Assembly (NCBI GenBank): GCA_046539225.1
Contig: JBKHHG010000005.1
Span: forward strand, 1-25,616
Source: Candidatus Nanohaloarchaea archaeon
GTDB taxonomy: Archaea > Nanohalarchaeota > Nanosalinia > Nanosalinales > Nanosalinaceae
Reading direction: 5' to 3'
Length of the DNA: 25,616 nucleotides
The translations under genes and the position numbers were made by a program. Each line of letters starts with the position of its first letter. Within the stretch, counting starts at the first letter, position 1. Shown piece by piece: positions 1 to 8,623 of the stretch. The notes beneath the pieces were generated by a model. That model ran no database searches, was not told the DNA's origin, and saw only the letters and a program-made list of their open reading frames with translations.

Positions 1-342
1 CGGAACCTGAACGCCCGCGTAAACACCCTTGATGACACCGTACTCGAGAAAAACAAGGATCTAAGCAGCGACATCCAGGACCTTGAAGACGAGATGGAAC
101 AGTTAAGAGACCGAGTAGCAAACATGGAGGTCGACATCAAGGAGTTAAACCGGGAGAAACGAAAGTTTGTCACCTCAAGCGAGATAGACGAGATAGAGAA
201 CTACATGGACCTGATGAACCCGTTGAACTCCTCCTTTATAACTGAGACACAGCTGAACGAAGAGATGGAGGAAAAGGCCTCAAAGAAGGAAGTCAAACAG
301 CTTATAGAGAGAAAGTTAAAAAACAAGGAAGAACAAGAGTAG
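1..342 (+). CDS. 5'-truncated acidic coiled-coil protein, hypothetical
   Basis: Frame 1 is open from base 1 (RNLNARVNTLDDTVLEKNKDLSSDIQDLEDEMEQLRDRV...) to TAG at 340-342, so the track's ATG at 94 is internal. Heptad-like L/I/V spacing. Confidence 0.8.
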   Translation, partial: RNLNARVNTLDDTVLEKNKDLSSDIQDLEDEMEQLRDRVANMEVDIKELNREKRKFVTSSEIDEIENYMDLMNPLNSSFITETQLNEEMEEKASKKEVKQLIERKLKNKEEQE

Positions 343-362
343 TATGAGAGGCCTCAGATACA

Positions 363-1184
363 ATGGAATTCAAGCTTTTCGGAAGACTTAGAGATGACGA
401 AGAACCGGGCGAAAGCGGTACAGGCCTTTCAGGAGGAAGCCTTGAGAGAACCGTTGAAAACATGTTCCAGCAGGGCTACTCCGAGGAAGAGATAAAAGAC
501 GAGCTTGAAGGCCAGTACAGCCCGGCAGAGATCAGCAGAGCAGTAAACAATACTGTAACATCTTCTGCAACTGATAGCGGAGGCCCTGAACCGATGACAC
601 CATACCAGGAAAACAGCGAAGAAGCGGTAAGCCCCATGGATGAAGGATACGAACAGGAAGAAGAAACACAGGCCTCGCCGGGACAACAGGATCAAGGCCT
701 TTCACAGCAACAACCTCAACAACAGCAGAACCGGCAACCGCAGCAGATCCAGCAGGAGCTTCAGCCCCAGGGAGAGCAGAGTCAGGGAACGGTTGACCCT
801 GCTGTAGAGGAGCTTGTGGAGACTATCGTCGCGGAGCAGTTTGAAAGGGTTAGAAACGAGTTCCAGACTGTCTACGATGAAATAGATATTATAGCGGAGG
901 AGCTCGAGGAACTGGATCAAAGGGTTCACGACCTCGAGGTCAGGGACGACGAGGACCAGGAAGAGTTTATCCAGAAAGTCGACGAGATGGAGGACCATAT
1001 CGATTCCTACCAGTCAAGGATTGGAGGCCTCGAAAAGGCCTTCCAGCAGGTTCTGCCGTCTCTCGTTGACAACGTGAAAGAGCTTACTTCTCTCGTTCAG
1101 GAGATCAAGGATGAGGAAGGCATCGAGACATCCCAGCAGGTTTCTGAAGAGGATGTCGACGATATAGATATGAGCGACTGGTGA
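363..1184 (+). CDS. Acidic protein: small N-terminal helical domain, Q/P/E-rich linker, C-terminal coiled coil
   Basis: 273 aa. Contains QQGYSEEEIKDEL helices, a poly-Q tract, then VEELVETIVAEQF...LEKAFQQVLPSLVDNVKEL. Confidence 0.85.
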   Translation: MEFKLFGRLRDDEEPGESGTGLSGGSLERTVENMFQQGYSEEEIKDELEGQYSPAEISRAVNNTVTSSATDSGGPEPMTPYQENSEEAVSPMDEGYEQEEETQASPGQQDQGLSQQQPQQQQNRQPQQIQQELQPQGEQSQGTVDPAVEELVETIVAEQFERVRNEFQTVYDEIDIIAEELEELDQRVHDLEVRDDEDQEEFIQKVDEMEDHIDSYQSRIGGLEKAFQQVLPSLVDNVKELTSLVQEIKDEEGIETSQQVSEEDVDDIDMSDW

Positions 1185-1694
1185 CTACCTTGAAGTCAGG
1201 TAGATTACGCCGAGGATGAATCCAAGTAGCAGCACCGGCATAAATACATCCTGGACCAGTTCTATTTCAGGGCTTATATTTATACCTGACAGCATTTCAG
1301 GAACTCCGAGCGCAAACCCGATCACGGCTACAAGGCCTAAACCAAGGATTCCAAGGCCTGCGTAAAGCGGGATATTCTGCTCTTCATCTGTCATGTCATC
1401 GATATCTATGCCCGCGACCGCCATTACTATAAGGAATCCAAGGGCTACAAAGGCGGCGAACGCCAGTACCGCCCCAAAGTTGACGAATATGTTGGCAGGA
1501 GCGAAAAAGTAGATGCCTCCGATCGAGAGAAACGCGAAAGATATAGATATAGCCGCGTTAATTGTCTCGTCCTCAAAGAACTCGTACTTTTCAAGAACTC
1601 CGAACGTGAACGCAAGCACCAAAAGCCATGGAAAAAAGAGGTGGATAACATCGGTCTGCGACATGAACTCGATGCTATCCGCTATAAAGCTCAT
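1185..1694 (-). CDS. Polytopic membrane protein (about 5 TM), 'FFPWLLVLAFTFGVLEK' paralog
   Basis: Hydrophobic segments. The track's GTG at 1703 is part of the SD GAGGTG (1701-1706), so the likely start is ATG 1694. Confidence 0.8.
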   Translation of the reverse strand: MSFIADSIEFMSQTDVIHLFFPWLLVLAFTFGVLEKYEFFEDETINAAISISFAFLSIGGIYFFAPANIFVNFGAVLAFAAFVALGFLIVMAVAGIDIDDMTDEEQNIPLYAGLGILGLGLVAVIGFALGVPEMLSGINISPEIELVQDVFMPVLLLGFILGVIYLTSR

Positions 1695-1704
1695 TTTTTC
1701 CACC

Positions 1705-2301
1705 TCAAGGCTCTATATCCTCAAACAGTGCGTCCAGCCATGTACGGTTATCATTCCCGCCATCATCGGAGTCGCTGGCAGTCCAGGCTATCACACCCGC
1801 GATAACCAGCAACCAGATTATTCCGGTGTCGATCAGCAGACGGAACATATCCGTCAGGTTTACGTCACCAAACTCGACAAGCGGAGGCCCGAAGCCGCCT
1901 GAAGCCGTGAAGGCCGCGCCAACTACCGCAACCATCACTAAAATCATCGCTGGATTGGTGAAGATGCTGAGATCAAGGCCTAAAAGCCCGAGTAGCACCA
2001 TAAGGCCTAAAAGCCCGACTATCCCGATCGTCAATCTTCCGAAGTAGTCGACGAAGAACGTCTGGTACCACGGATTTGCGGCTATGAACTGTGCCGCGAA
2101 GAAGGCCGCGATCACCGCGATAATCTCAGGTATGCCTTTCTGAGGCTCATCGTTACCGTCCTGGAAAAGCGGAACCTTTCTCAACGCAAACAGGAATACT
2201 ACATAGGAAAGTACGAACGGCAGCACAAGCGTGAAGAAGTCCAGCTGGGACATGGTCTCCAGAAGCGCTGAAAACCCTGCCGCACCGGCTTCATGCTCCA
2301 C
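1705..2301 (-). CDS. Polytopic membrane protein (about 5 TM), 'VLPFVLSYVVFLFALRK' paralog
   Basis: 198 aa, GTG start, hydrophobic helices, acidic tail. Tightly packed in the operon. Confidence 0.85.
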   Translation of the reverse strand: MEHEAGAAGFSALLETMSQLDFFTLVLPFVLSYVVFLFALRKVPLFQDGNDEPQKGIPEIIAVIAAFFAAQFIAANPWYQTFFVDYFGRLTIGIVGLLGLMVLLGLLGLDLSIFTNPAMILVMVAVVGAAFTASGGFGPPLVEFGDVNLTDMFRLLIDTGIIWLLVIAGVIAWTASDSDDGGNDNRTWLDALFEDIEP

Positions 2302-2304
2302 TAT

Positions 2305-2562
2305 CTATTCACCTGCCTCATCAAGGTATCTGCTGACTCTCCTGTTCATCAGCCAGAGCTCTCTCCCGATGATCATCAACGCAAGCATTGTGATCCAGGG
2401 CTCGATAACTCTTCCAAACTCCATGATGTCATAGTTGAAGCTGGAAGCGAACAGAACCCAGCCCGTAACAGAGATAGCTCCGAGAGAAAGCAGTACAATT
2501 ACAAACTCGTCAAGCACGTTTTCAAACTCGTAAACGTATCGGCTCGCATCTTCTCGTTCCAT
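2305..2562 (-). CDS. Small 2-TM membrane protein
   Basis: 85 aa with two hydrophobic helices. 2-3 nt gaps to both neighbours. Confidence 0.8.
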   Translation of the reverse strand: MEREDASRYVYEFENVLDEFVIVLLSLGAISVTGWVLFASSFNYDIMEFGRVIEPWITMLALMIIGRELWLMNRRVSRYLDEAGE

Positions 2563-2564
2563 TT

Positions 2565-2711
2565 TTACATCATTCCTCCCATCATTCCGCCTCTTCTTAT
2601 TTTCCTTTTCATCATCATTTTACCGGCTAAAAAGCCCAGAACCGCTGCACCGATAATCAAATCAAAGTTGGTCGCGGCACGGGTCATAATGCTTTCAGGA
2701 GTCAACGCCAT
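2565..2711 (-). CDS. 48-aa single-TM protein missed by the ORF track (MALTPESIMTRAATNFDLIIGAAVLGFLAGKMMMKRKIRRGGMMGGMM)
   Basis: Translated by hand from ATG 2711 to TAA 2565. Upstream GAGGTTG SD-like site and ATTTAAA box. Its stop is 2 nt before the next start. Confidence 0.75.
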   Translation of the reverse strand: MALTPESIMTRAATNFDLIIGAAVLGFLAGKMMMKRKIRRGGMMGGMM

Positions 2712-2776
2712 CAATTTCAACCTCTATAAACAAACTTTAGGCCTTCCCTGTTTAAATATTTCCCTGTTGAAACCTG

Positions 2777-4285
2777 TTAATCCATGTAGATCCTCATCCA
2801 CTTCTCCAGACAGTAAAACCTGTAACACCTGAAAAAGCCCTGAAAACCTTCTCGAAACCTGCGGTAGAAAAGCTCGCCATCGAAAAAACCTCTGTTCTGG
2901 AAGCTTTCAGAACCGAAAACCCTGTCAAACTCTTCAGAAAACTCAGGCCTAAAGCCTTCAAGCCGGATGAAACCGGTTTTCTTCTTTCTCTCCAGGATTT
3001 TATCTGGAAGATCCTCTCTGAAGGCCTCTCTAACAATATTTTTCGTCTTGCCCTCTGCAAAGCTTCTCTCCACCTCGAGATCACGAGCCTTTTCAAGCAG
3101 CCGGGGAGAAAGAAAAGCCGGGATAACCCTGTGGTCGAAAGCCTCACTGCTTTTCGTCATCGAATGAAGAATATGCGGGAAATCACTCTCCCTGAGATTA
3201 TACTCAAAGGCCTCTTCAAGGCTGTTAGGCCTCTCAATATCTGAACGGTCTATCTCAGGAACCTTCAGATCATTGTCGTAAAAAGGTATTAAAAGCCTGA
3301 GAAGCTCTCTCCAGCGGAAACGGTCCAGCATGTAACGGTAGTCTTTAAAGGCCTTCAACCCTGGAATTAATCCTTTTTCAAACCTGTGCTTGATGAAGTA
3401 AGGCGTAAAATCCGGATAGCCGTAGAAAAGCTCGTCGGCCCCGGTCCCATCCACTATCACCGAGCCGCCCCGTGTCTCCGATATCCTCTGGTAGAGAAGG
3501 TCCTGGGCCTGAACTGCGATCATTCCCGTAGGCTGCTCATGAATCCTCAAACTTTCATCCACATGTTTCAGCAGCTCGCCGACGGCAAACTCGAACTCTT
3601 CGACCTGTCCAAGTTCAGGCCTCAACTCCTGAAAATATTTTTCGTCGCCCGTATCAACATTGAAACTTGTGTGGACAAAATCTGCTTCTTCTGCCATCTC
3701 CGCCACAACTGTCGAGTCAAGGCCTCCGCTCACAGGACAGACAAACTCTTCTCCTGGAACCCTGCCTTCGATTTCTTCACGTAAGAGTTTCTCGGCATCT
3801 TTATCAACTTTTAACTCGGCCTCAACATCCTTAATTTCCAGTTTTCCATCATAGTTCAGAGCCTCTCCAGGCCTCAACTGTTTTACCTCTGCGAAAAAAG
3901 TTTCCCGGCGGTGATCCACGAGGCCTGAGTGAAGGTAGTCCAGTGCTACTTCCTCGTTGACCTCCGCATCGGTAAACTTCAGTAACGGCTTGATCCTGTC
4001 GGATATATGGACTCCGTTTTCCTCGACAAAGTATACCGGTCTGGACCCGAATACATCTCTTACAATTTCGAGGCCTTTTTCAAAGCTGACAGCGGTAAAA
4101 CCTCCTTTAAGCTTTTCCGGAAGTTCCTCAACCGATCTAAAATCCGGTTTCGGACCGAGGCCGGGGTTCAGGAATACTTCCTCTTCAATTTCCTCGAAGT
4201 CTTCGAAGAAAAAATTCAGGCCTCCATATACTCTTTTTTCGCTTTCCTGTAGGCCTTCTTCGCCTGTAGTGATCAGAAAGGTCAT
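2777..4285 (-). CDS. Asparagine synthetase B (AsnB)-family protein with degenerate glutaminase domain
   Basis: RDVFGSRPVYF, PP-loop SGGLDS, GTGADELFYGY, KNIVREAF...ERKKKTGF. No N-terminal Cys. Confidence 0.85.
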   Translation of the reverse strand: MTFLITTGEEGLQESEKRVYGGLNFFFEDFEEIEEEVFLNPGLGPKPDFRSVEELPEKLKGGFTAVSFEKGLEIVRDVFGSRPVYFVEENGVHISDRIKPLLKFTDAEVNEEVALDYLHSGLVDHRRETFFAEVKQLRPGEALNYDGKLEIKDVEAELKVDKDAEKLLREEIEGRVPGEEFVCPVSGGLDSTVVAEMAEEADFVHTSFNVDTGDEKYFQELRPELGQVEEFEFAVGELLKHVDESLRIHEQPTGMIAVQAQDLLYQRISETRGGSVIVDGTGADELFYGYPDFTPYFIKHRFEKGLIPGLKAFKDYRYMLDRFRWRELLRLLIPFYDNDLKVPEIDRSDIERPNSLEEAFEYNLRESDFPHILHSMTKSSEAFDHRVIPAFLSPRLLEKARDLEVERSFAEGKTKNIVREAFREDLPDKILERKKKTGFIRLEGFRPEFSEEFDRVFGSESFQNRGFFDGELFYRRFREGFQGFFRCYRFYCLEKWMRIYMD

Positions 4286-5805
4286 CAGATCTTGCCTTTG
4301 AGTTCCTCAAGTTTTTCGTAAACCTGTGACTCATACTCCTGCTGGCTTGTGACCTTGCTTTCCAGACTGGCTAACATGTTATCCACGTTTTTTACCTCGC
4401 TTTCGGCGTTGTCGATATTCTTCTGCACGTAGGAAGGCAGGTTACTGTAGTTCGAGATATTTCTATCAATGTATTTCAGCTTGTTGTGGATATCTTCGTC
4501 CTCGCCTACAAGGCCTTTGATGACTTCGAGTTCGGTTTCATTGACCTTCAACTCTTTTCTGCACAACTTCTCTGCCGCCTCTATAAGGTTTGCTGGAATA
4601 CTGCTCCTGGAGTCAAGCCATCCTGCCATCTGCTGAAGCCTATTTACGTTATCAGGCCTTGACTGGATCTTGTTCATCGACTCGGCAGTAACAACCACTT
4701 TATCAGCCTTCGAAGCATCAGAGGCTATCTCAGACATACTGAAGGGCGAGTAATGCATGAAATGGGCTGCCGCCACCACGTACTGCAGCTCATCAAGCAG
4801 ATCATTGAATGCATCATTGGGCGGGCTGGCCGGAGTACTGGAGAGAATCCTCTCCAGCTGGCCTTCAAGGCCTGAAATCTCTTTTTCAGGGTTTCTGTCT
4901 GTATTGCTGGAGAGAAAGTTTGCCAGATTACTGGCCGGAAAGTTAGGACTTGAACTGGAGCTGAGGTCGGCTGCGATCCTGTCTCTCATCTCTGTCAAAA
5001 GATCATCAACCTTCTGCGCCCGCTGCAACGTATTCTTGAAAGTATCGGGGTCAAAGTCGTTAGGATCAGTAAGCTCGTTGTTTAACTGGCTAATCAAGTT
5101 CTCAATGTTTGTATGCCCTGATCTCACCCTGTCGATCTCAGAGATTATGTCATTCTGGAAATATTTCAGAGATTCTTGCAACTGGTTCTGCGTCTGCTGC
5201 TGGCCTCTCTTTTGAAGGTTGTTGGCGGCGTTCTGCCCTGTTTCTAACAGGTTTCCGGCCGCGTTCAGCATATCCGCCCATCCACCGCCTTCCTGCTGTT
5301 GCTGCTGTTGTTGACCCTGTTGCTGGCGTGGTTGTTGAGGTTGCTGTTGTCCCTGTTGCTCGTTATCCCCGAATCCCTGAAACAGGCCTGCCATCATCAA
5401 AGCTGCGAGCAGGAGGCTTCCAAGCCCAGCAAACAAGAGTATTCCGGCTCCCGCGGTTCCAAGGAAAAGCACGGTTATAAAGGATACAATCATCGAGAAT
5501 CCTTTCATACCCGTCGGGATATCGTCGTCGGTATTTCGCCAGCCAGGCCTGTCCACGCGTTCCTGAAACAGTTCGTAGCCCATCGACACAAAGTTAAGCG
5601 TAAGGTAGTAGAAGCCGATGAGAGGCGCGACAATGTAAAGCACTACTTCATACGTACTGGTGACTTCGAAACCGATGAAGCTGTTGACGAACTGTACAAG
5701 GCTTTCCTCCAGCGTGAGGCCTGTCTCGGGGAGAGAGGCCTGGGCTGCTGCGCCCGCGGTGAAGAGAAAAGGTGTGAGGCCTGAAAGAGTTTTCCGGGCT
5801 TCCAT
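4285..5805 (-). CDS. Membrane protein: signal peptide, TM hairpins ('IVAPLIGFYYL' paralog), poly-Q linker, long helical/coiled-coil domain
   Basis: 506 aa. Signal ends AAA-QA, about 3 TM, QQQGQQQPQQ tract, helical C-terminus. 1-nt overlap with the asnB-like gene. Confidence 0.8.
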   Translation of the reverse strand: MEARKTLSGLTPFLFTAGAAAQASLPETGLTLEESLVQFVNSFIGFEVTSTYEVVLYIVAPLIGFYYLTLNFVSMGYELFQERVDRPGWRNTDDDIPTGMKGFSMIVSFITVLFLGTAGAGILLFAGLGSLLLAALMMAGLFQGFGDNEQQGQQQPQQPRQQQGQQQQQQQEGGGWADMLNAAGNLLETGQNAANNLQKRGQQQTQNQLQESLKYFQNDIISEIDRVRSGHTNIENLISQLNNELTDPNDFDPDTFKNTLQRAQKVDDLLTEMRDRIAADLSSSSSPNFPASNLANFLSSNTDRNPEKEISGLEGQLERILSSTPASPPNDAFNDLLDELQYVVAAAHFMHYSPFSMSEIASDASKADKVVVTAESMNKIQSRPDNVNRLQQMAGWLDSRSSIPANLIEAAEKLCRKELKVNETELEVIKGLVGEDEDIHNKLKYIDRNISNYSNLPSYVQKNIDNAESEVKNVDNMLASLESKVTSQQEYESQVYEKLEELKGKI

Positions 5806-5850
5806 ACCTGTCTTTTGAGTCTCGGCGTTTATTATTCTTAAGTCAAGAAA

Positions 5851-6318
5851 TCAGCTGACGAAAAGATAGATCAGGAAGAGGAAAGCCAGTATCAGGCCTC
5901 CAACCGCCAGCAATCCGATGCTTGCCGCTATGGTCTGGATCCAGCTCCAGTAAGGCGAGGCCACCAGCATCAGTGAAATAGCCGCGGCCATAACCGTTGC
6001 CTCCCGTCCCACGTTCGGCCCGTCATTATCGGGAATCAAAGGGTTCTGGATCTCGTCGTCGTTCGCAAAGGTGAAAGCCAGTGTCTTCTCCAGCGAAAAC
6101 TGCAGCAGCACAAAGATGAATAGGAAAGGCGCCACAAACTCGTAGACAATCTCCTCGTGAGAATCAAACTCCGGTACATCGCCCCAGTTACCCAGATTTG
6201 AATCGGAAAGCCCGGATCCATCATTGTAGTATCCCTGCGTCAGTCCAAAACCCGTAAACAGTATTACAGCAATCAAGACCGCGGAGGCCTTATTCAAAGT
6301 CAAAGTCCCCGCCTCCAT
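5851..6318 (-). CDS. Membrane protein, 'FVAPFLFIFVLLQFSLEK' paralog
   Basis: Signal/TM segment followed by about 3 TM. True start is probably ATG 6318 or TTG 6297, overlapping the upstream stop, rather than 6405. Confidence 0.75.
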   Translation of the reverse strand: MEAGTLTLNKASAVLIAVILFTGFGLTQGYYNDGSGLSDSNLGNWGDVPEFDSHEEIVYEFVAPFLFIFVLLQFSLEKTLAFTFANDDEIQNPLIPDNDGPNVGREATVMAAAISLMLVASPYWSWIQTIAASIGLLAVGGLILAFLFLIYLFVS

Positions 6319-6550
6319 CAAGATCTCCGCCTCCAACACCGGAGCCGGCACGTTTTTCATGGATATAAGTCGGGATAACCTCATCAACCAGAAAACCAAC
6401 AACAAGGCCTGTAACCGCCAAAATACCTACTGTAGCAGCCCACTCCTCAAGGCCTACAGCAGAGGCAATCTGCTCTGCCGCCCCCAACGCAATAAAGTAA
6501 CCCGCGATGGAAGCCGCTGGATAAGCAACAATACTCCACAGATCCTTCAT
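6290..6550 (-). CDS. Small 2-TM protein with Gly/acidic tail (GGGDLDGGGDFDFE)
   Basis: 86 aa with two hydrophobic helices. TTTATAT box about 25 nt upstream, leaderless-type. Confidence 0.8.
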   Translation of the reverse strand: MKDLWSIVAYPAASIAGYFIALGAAEQIASAVGLEEWAATVGILAVTGLVVGFLVDEVIPTYIHEKRAGSGVGGGDLDGGGDFDFE

Positions 6551-6594
6551 ACAGAACTATCTTGAATTAGTAAATATAAAAGAAAAGGCATATC

Positions 6595-7623
6595 TTAGGA
6601 CTTGTCATATCCTCCTAAATCAAGCTCTTGACTGATAAGGTTGTTGACATTCTTCTGCATCTTCTCTATCCTCCTGTGTTTATCCATCAGGTCGTCAAGA
6701 AGTCTTTCTTCCGCGGTTTCTAGTTCCTCTACTTTGTCTTCTACCCTGCTTTTCTCTCCAAATTCGGCTCGTACATTTTCGAACTCGGACTTTATCTCAG
6801 CGAGATCGCTGTTCATAGCCCTTATATCTTGCCCTATCTCTTCCTGATGTTGCATAATCTCGCCAACAGAAGGGTTGCCATTCATTATGTTCTGGAGGCG
6901 TTCCTCGTGCTGCAGAAAGTCATCCATAGTGTGCAGTAGCTGGGAGATCTGTTGTTTTAGCTCTTCATCCATTATCTCAACTTGGTTCTCCAACTCTTCC
7001 TCTCCCTCAAGCTCCTTGACAAGCTGATGAAGCTCCTGCTCCTCTTCTCTTGTAGCCTTATCTTCCCCGGAAAATATATTTGGCATTTCCATATCACGGC
7101 CTTGTGAATCTGTGTTTAAATTACTTCTCCCCTGTAACGAATCTCCTCTGCCTCGTGAGGGTGTTTCTATTCCTCCTCTCGAAGTATCTCCGTAATTAGG
7201 CCTGTCACCGGATCCTCCGAATGAGCCTGTTGAAAGCTGTTGTTGGCTTTGCCCTGGTTGAGAAGTATCGCTGGTGCCTGAGGGCTGTGAACCGGTTTCT
7301 TCGTCGGAACCTCCTGTCAGGCTGGAGAGTATTCCACCGTCGCCGTTAGCGATTGTCTCGGCTGCGGCTCCTCCTATGGCTCCGAGTGCCCCGGCCTCTG
7401 CTTCAGTCATCTGTGAACGACCGCCTCTGCTTCCGCTGTAAAGCCAGACAATAAAGGCTACTACAGCTATAGGGAGAGTGATTTGCCACCAGTTTATCAG
7501 GACGCCGAAGACTCCTCCTATCGCGCCCGTGATCGCTCCAACAGGCGCCAGGGATCCAAGGCCTACAGCTGCGAGAACCAGAACCGCTACTATAATTAAG
7601 GCGATCAGGCCTAAAGTCCCCAT
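6595..7623 (-). CDS. N-terminally membrane-anchored protein with G/S/Q linker and C-terminal coiled coil
   Basis: 342 aa. First about 62 residues hydrophobic, then a low-complexity linker, then an about 150-aa acidic heptad region. Confidence 0.85.
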   Translation of the reverse strand: MGTLGLIALIIVAVLVLAAVGLGSLAPVGAITGAIGGVFGVLINWWQITLPIAVVAFIVWLYSGSRGGRSQMTEAEAGALGAIGGAAAETIANGDGGILSSLTGGSDEETGSQPSGTSDTSQPGQSQQQLSTGSFGGSGDRPNYGDTSRGGIETPSRGRGDSLQGRSNLNTDSQGRDMEMPNIFSGEDKATREEEQELHQLVKELEGEEELENQVEIMDEELKQQISQLLHTMDDFLQHEERLQNIMNGNPSVGEIMQHQEEIGQDIRAMNSDLAEIKSEFENVRAEFGEKSRVEDKVEELETAEERLLDDLMDKHRRIEKMQKNVNNLISQELDLGGYDKS

Positions 7624-7649
7624 AAAGCTTCTTTGTTACTCTGCTTTAA

Positions 7650-7904
7650 TTAATCCTTCTCCTTGAAAAGGCCTAAACGCTCCAAAGTCTCGAGAATACC
7701 CCACGCATAGATCACGGACTCCCAGGCCTGGATAAAATCCTCCTCCTCTAAAAAGTGGTAGGTATCGCTTCTGTAGGCCTCAACGTTCTCCATCTCGTCC
7801 ACAGCATCCAAATCTTCTACCTCTTTTTTTTCCATGAGCTTTTCCTCAAGTTTTTCCAGCCATTTTTCTGTCTCCTTTTTGAGTTTCTCCTGTGTCTTAT
7901 TCAT
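7650..7904 (-). CDS. DUF357 domain protein
   Basis: AYRSDTYHFLEEEDFIQAWESVIYAWGILE fits the DUF357 pattern. Adjacent to dph5, as is common in archaea. Start MNKTQ at 7904 overlaps the dph5 stop. Confidence 0.8.
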   Translation of the reverse strand: MNKTQEKLKKETEKWLEKLEEKLMEKKEVEDLDAVDEMENVEAYRSDTYHFLEEEDFIQAWESVIYAWGILETLERLGLFKEKD

Positions 7905-8583
7905 GGCTCTCCAGGAACTCTTCTTCCTTGAACGATTTTTCACCTGTCAAGACGATTGAATGCGGCGTATCACCCAGCTGCATATCAGATATTTCTTTCA
8001 GGGTCGAGGCCTTAACGTTCATATCTTCGCGGTTGGCTCTTTCGATAACTACGGCTTCACGGTTTTCAAGGCCTAAATCCAGTAACTTTTGCGCCGCCTT
8101 CGATGCCTCGAGATCAATATCTAACAATACAAGGGTGTGGAGGCCTACTGAATCGTTCTTCCCTATATGTTCAACGATTGATTCGGGCTCTCCGTTTTCC
8201 GGAAGTGTCACGGTTCTTCCAAACTTGTAGATGTTTAATCCGGTTTCAGCCACCGATGTAAAGATGCTTGGTGCGTGTACTACCTCTACTTCAAGGCCTT
8301 TTTCTTCCGCCCGGTGTTTGATGTCGTAATGCGTGGTCGCGGTTAATGGGTCGCCGGAGACGAGAAAAGCCGTATCCTGTGTTTCTGCGGATTTTAGAAT
8401 CTTGTCTTCCTGTTCCACTTCTTCACGTTCAAGAAGCTCTACCTCACAGGGAAGGCTCTCCAGGTCTATATTCGCGGTATTGGTGTAGAACTCGGCGTAG
8501 GCCTTATCCACTTTTTTCAAGGCCTCTATTCCTTTCCGGGTTATCTCGTTGTTGTCGAGTCCGAGGCCTATGATGTGTAGCAT
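7897..8583 (-). CDS. dph5: Diphthine synthase (methyltransferase)
   Basis: LHIIGLGL, EFYT, SGDPLTATTH, YKFGRTVTLP and GLHTLVLLDI motifs. Confidence 0.95.
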   Translation of the reverse strand: MLHIIGLGLDNNEITRKGIEALKKVDKAYAEFYTNTANIDLESLPCEVELLEREEVEQEDKILKSAETQDTAFLVSGDPLTATTHYDIKHRAEEKGLEVEVVHAPSIFTSVAETGLNIYKFGRTVTLPENGEPESIVEHIGKNDSVGLHTLVLLDIDLEASKAAQKLLDLGLENREAVVIERANREDMNVKASTLKEISDMQLGDTPHSIVLTGEKSFKEEEFLESHE

Positions 8584-8595
8584 AACGGTTTCTGA

Positions 8596-8614
8596 TTAAA
8601 GCATTGTTATAAAA
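8596..8614. promoter_or_regulatory. Interleaved divergent TATA boxes for leaderless dph5 and trm5
   Basis: 40-bp gap. TTAAA (8596-8600) is about 25 nt before the trm5 ATG. TTTTATAA on the minus strand (8614-8607) is about 25 nt before the dph5 ATG. Confidence 0.55.
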
Positions 8615-8623
8615 TACGTATGT

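Noticed and set aside
2565..4285. Lasso-peptide cluster (Cys-less AsnB as cyclase next to a 48-aa peptide)
   Set aside because: The peptide looks like a TM protein and lacks a YxxP/Thr(-2) leader. No leader peptidase or RRE gene is present.
5290..5360. Poly-Q tracts (also about 700-770) as contingency microsatellites
   Set aside because: Mixed CAA/CAG codons with interruptions and in frame. These are ordinary low-complexity linkers.
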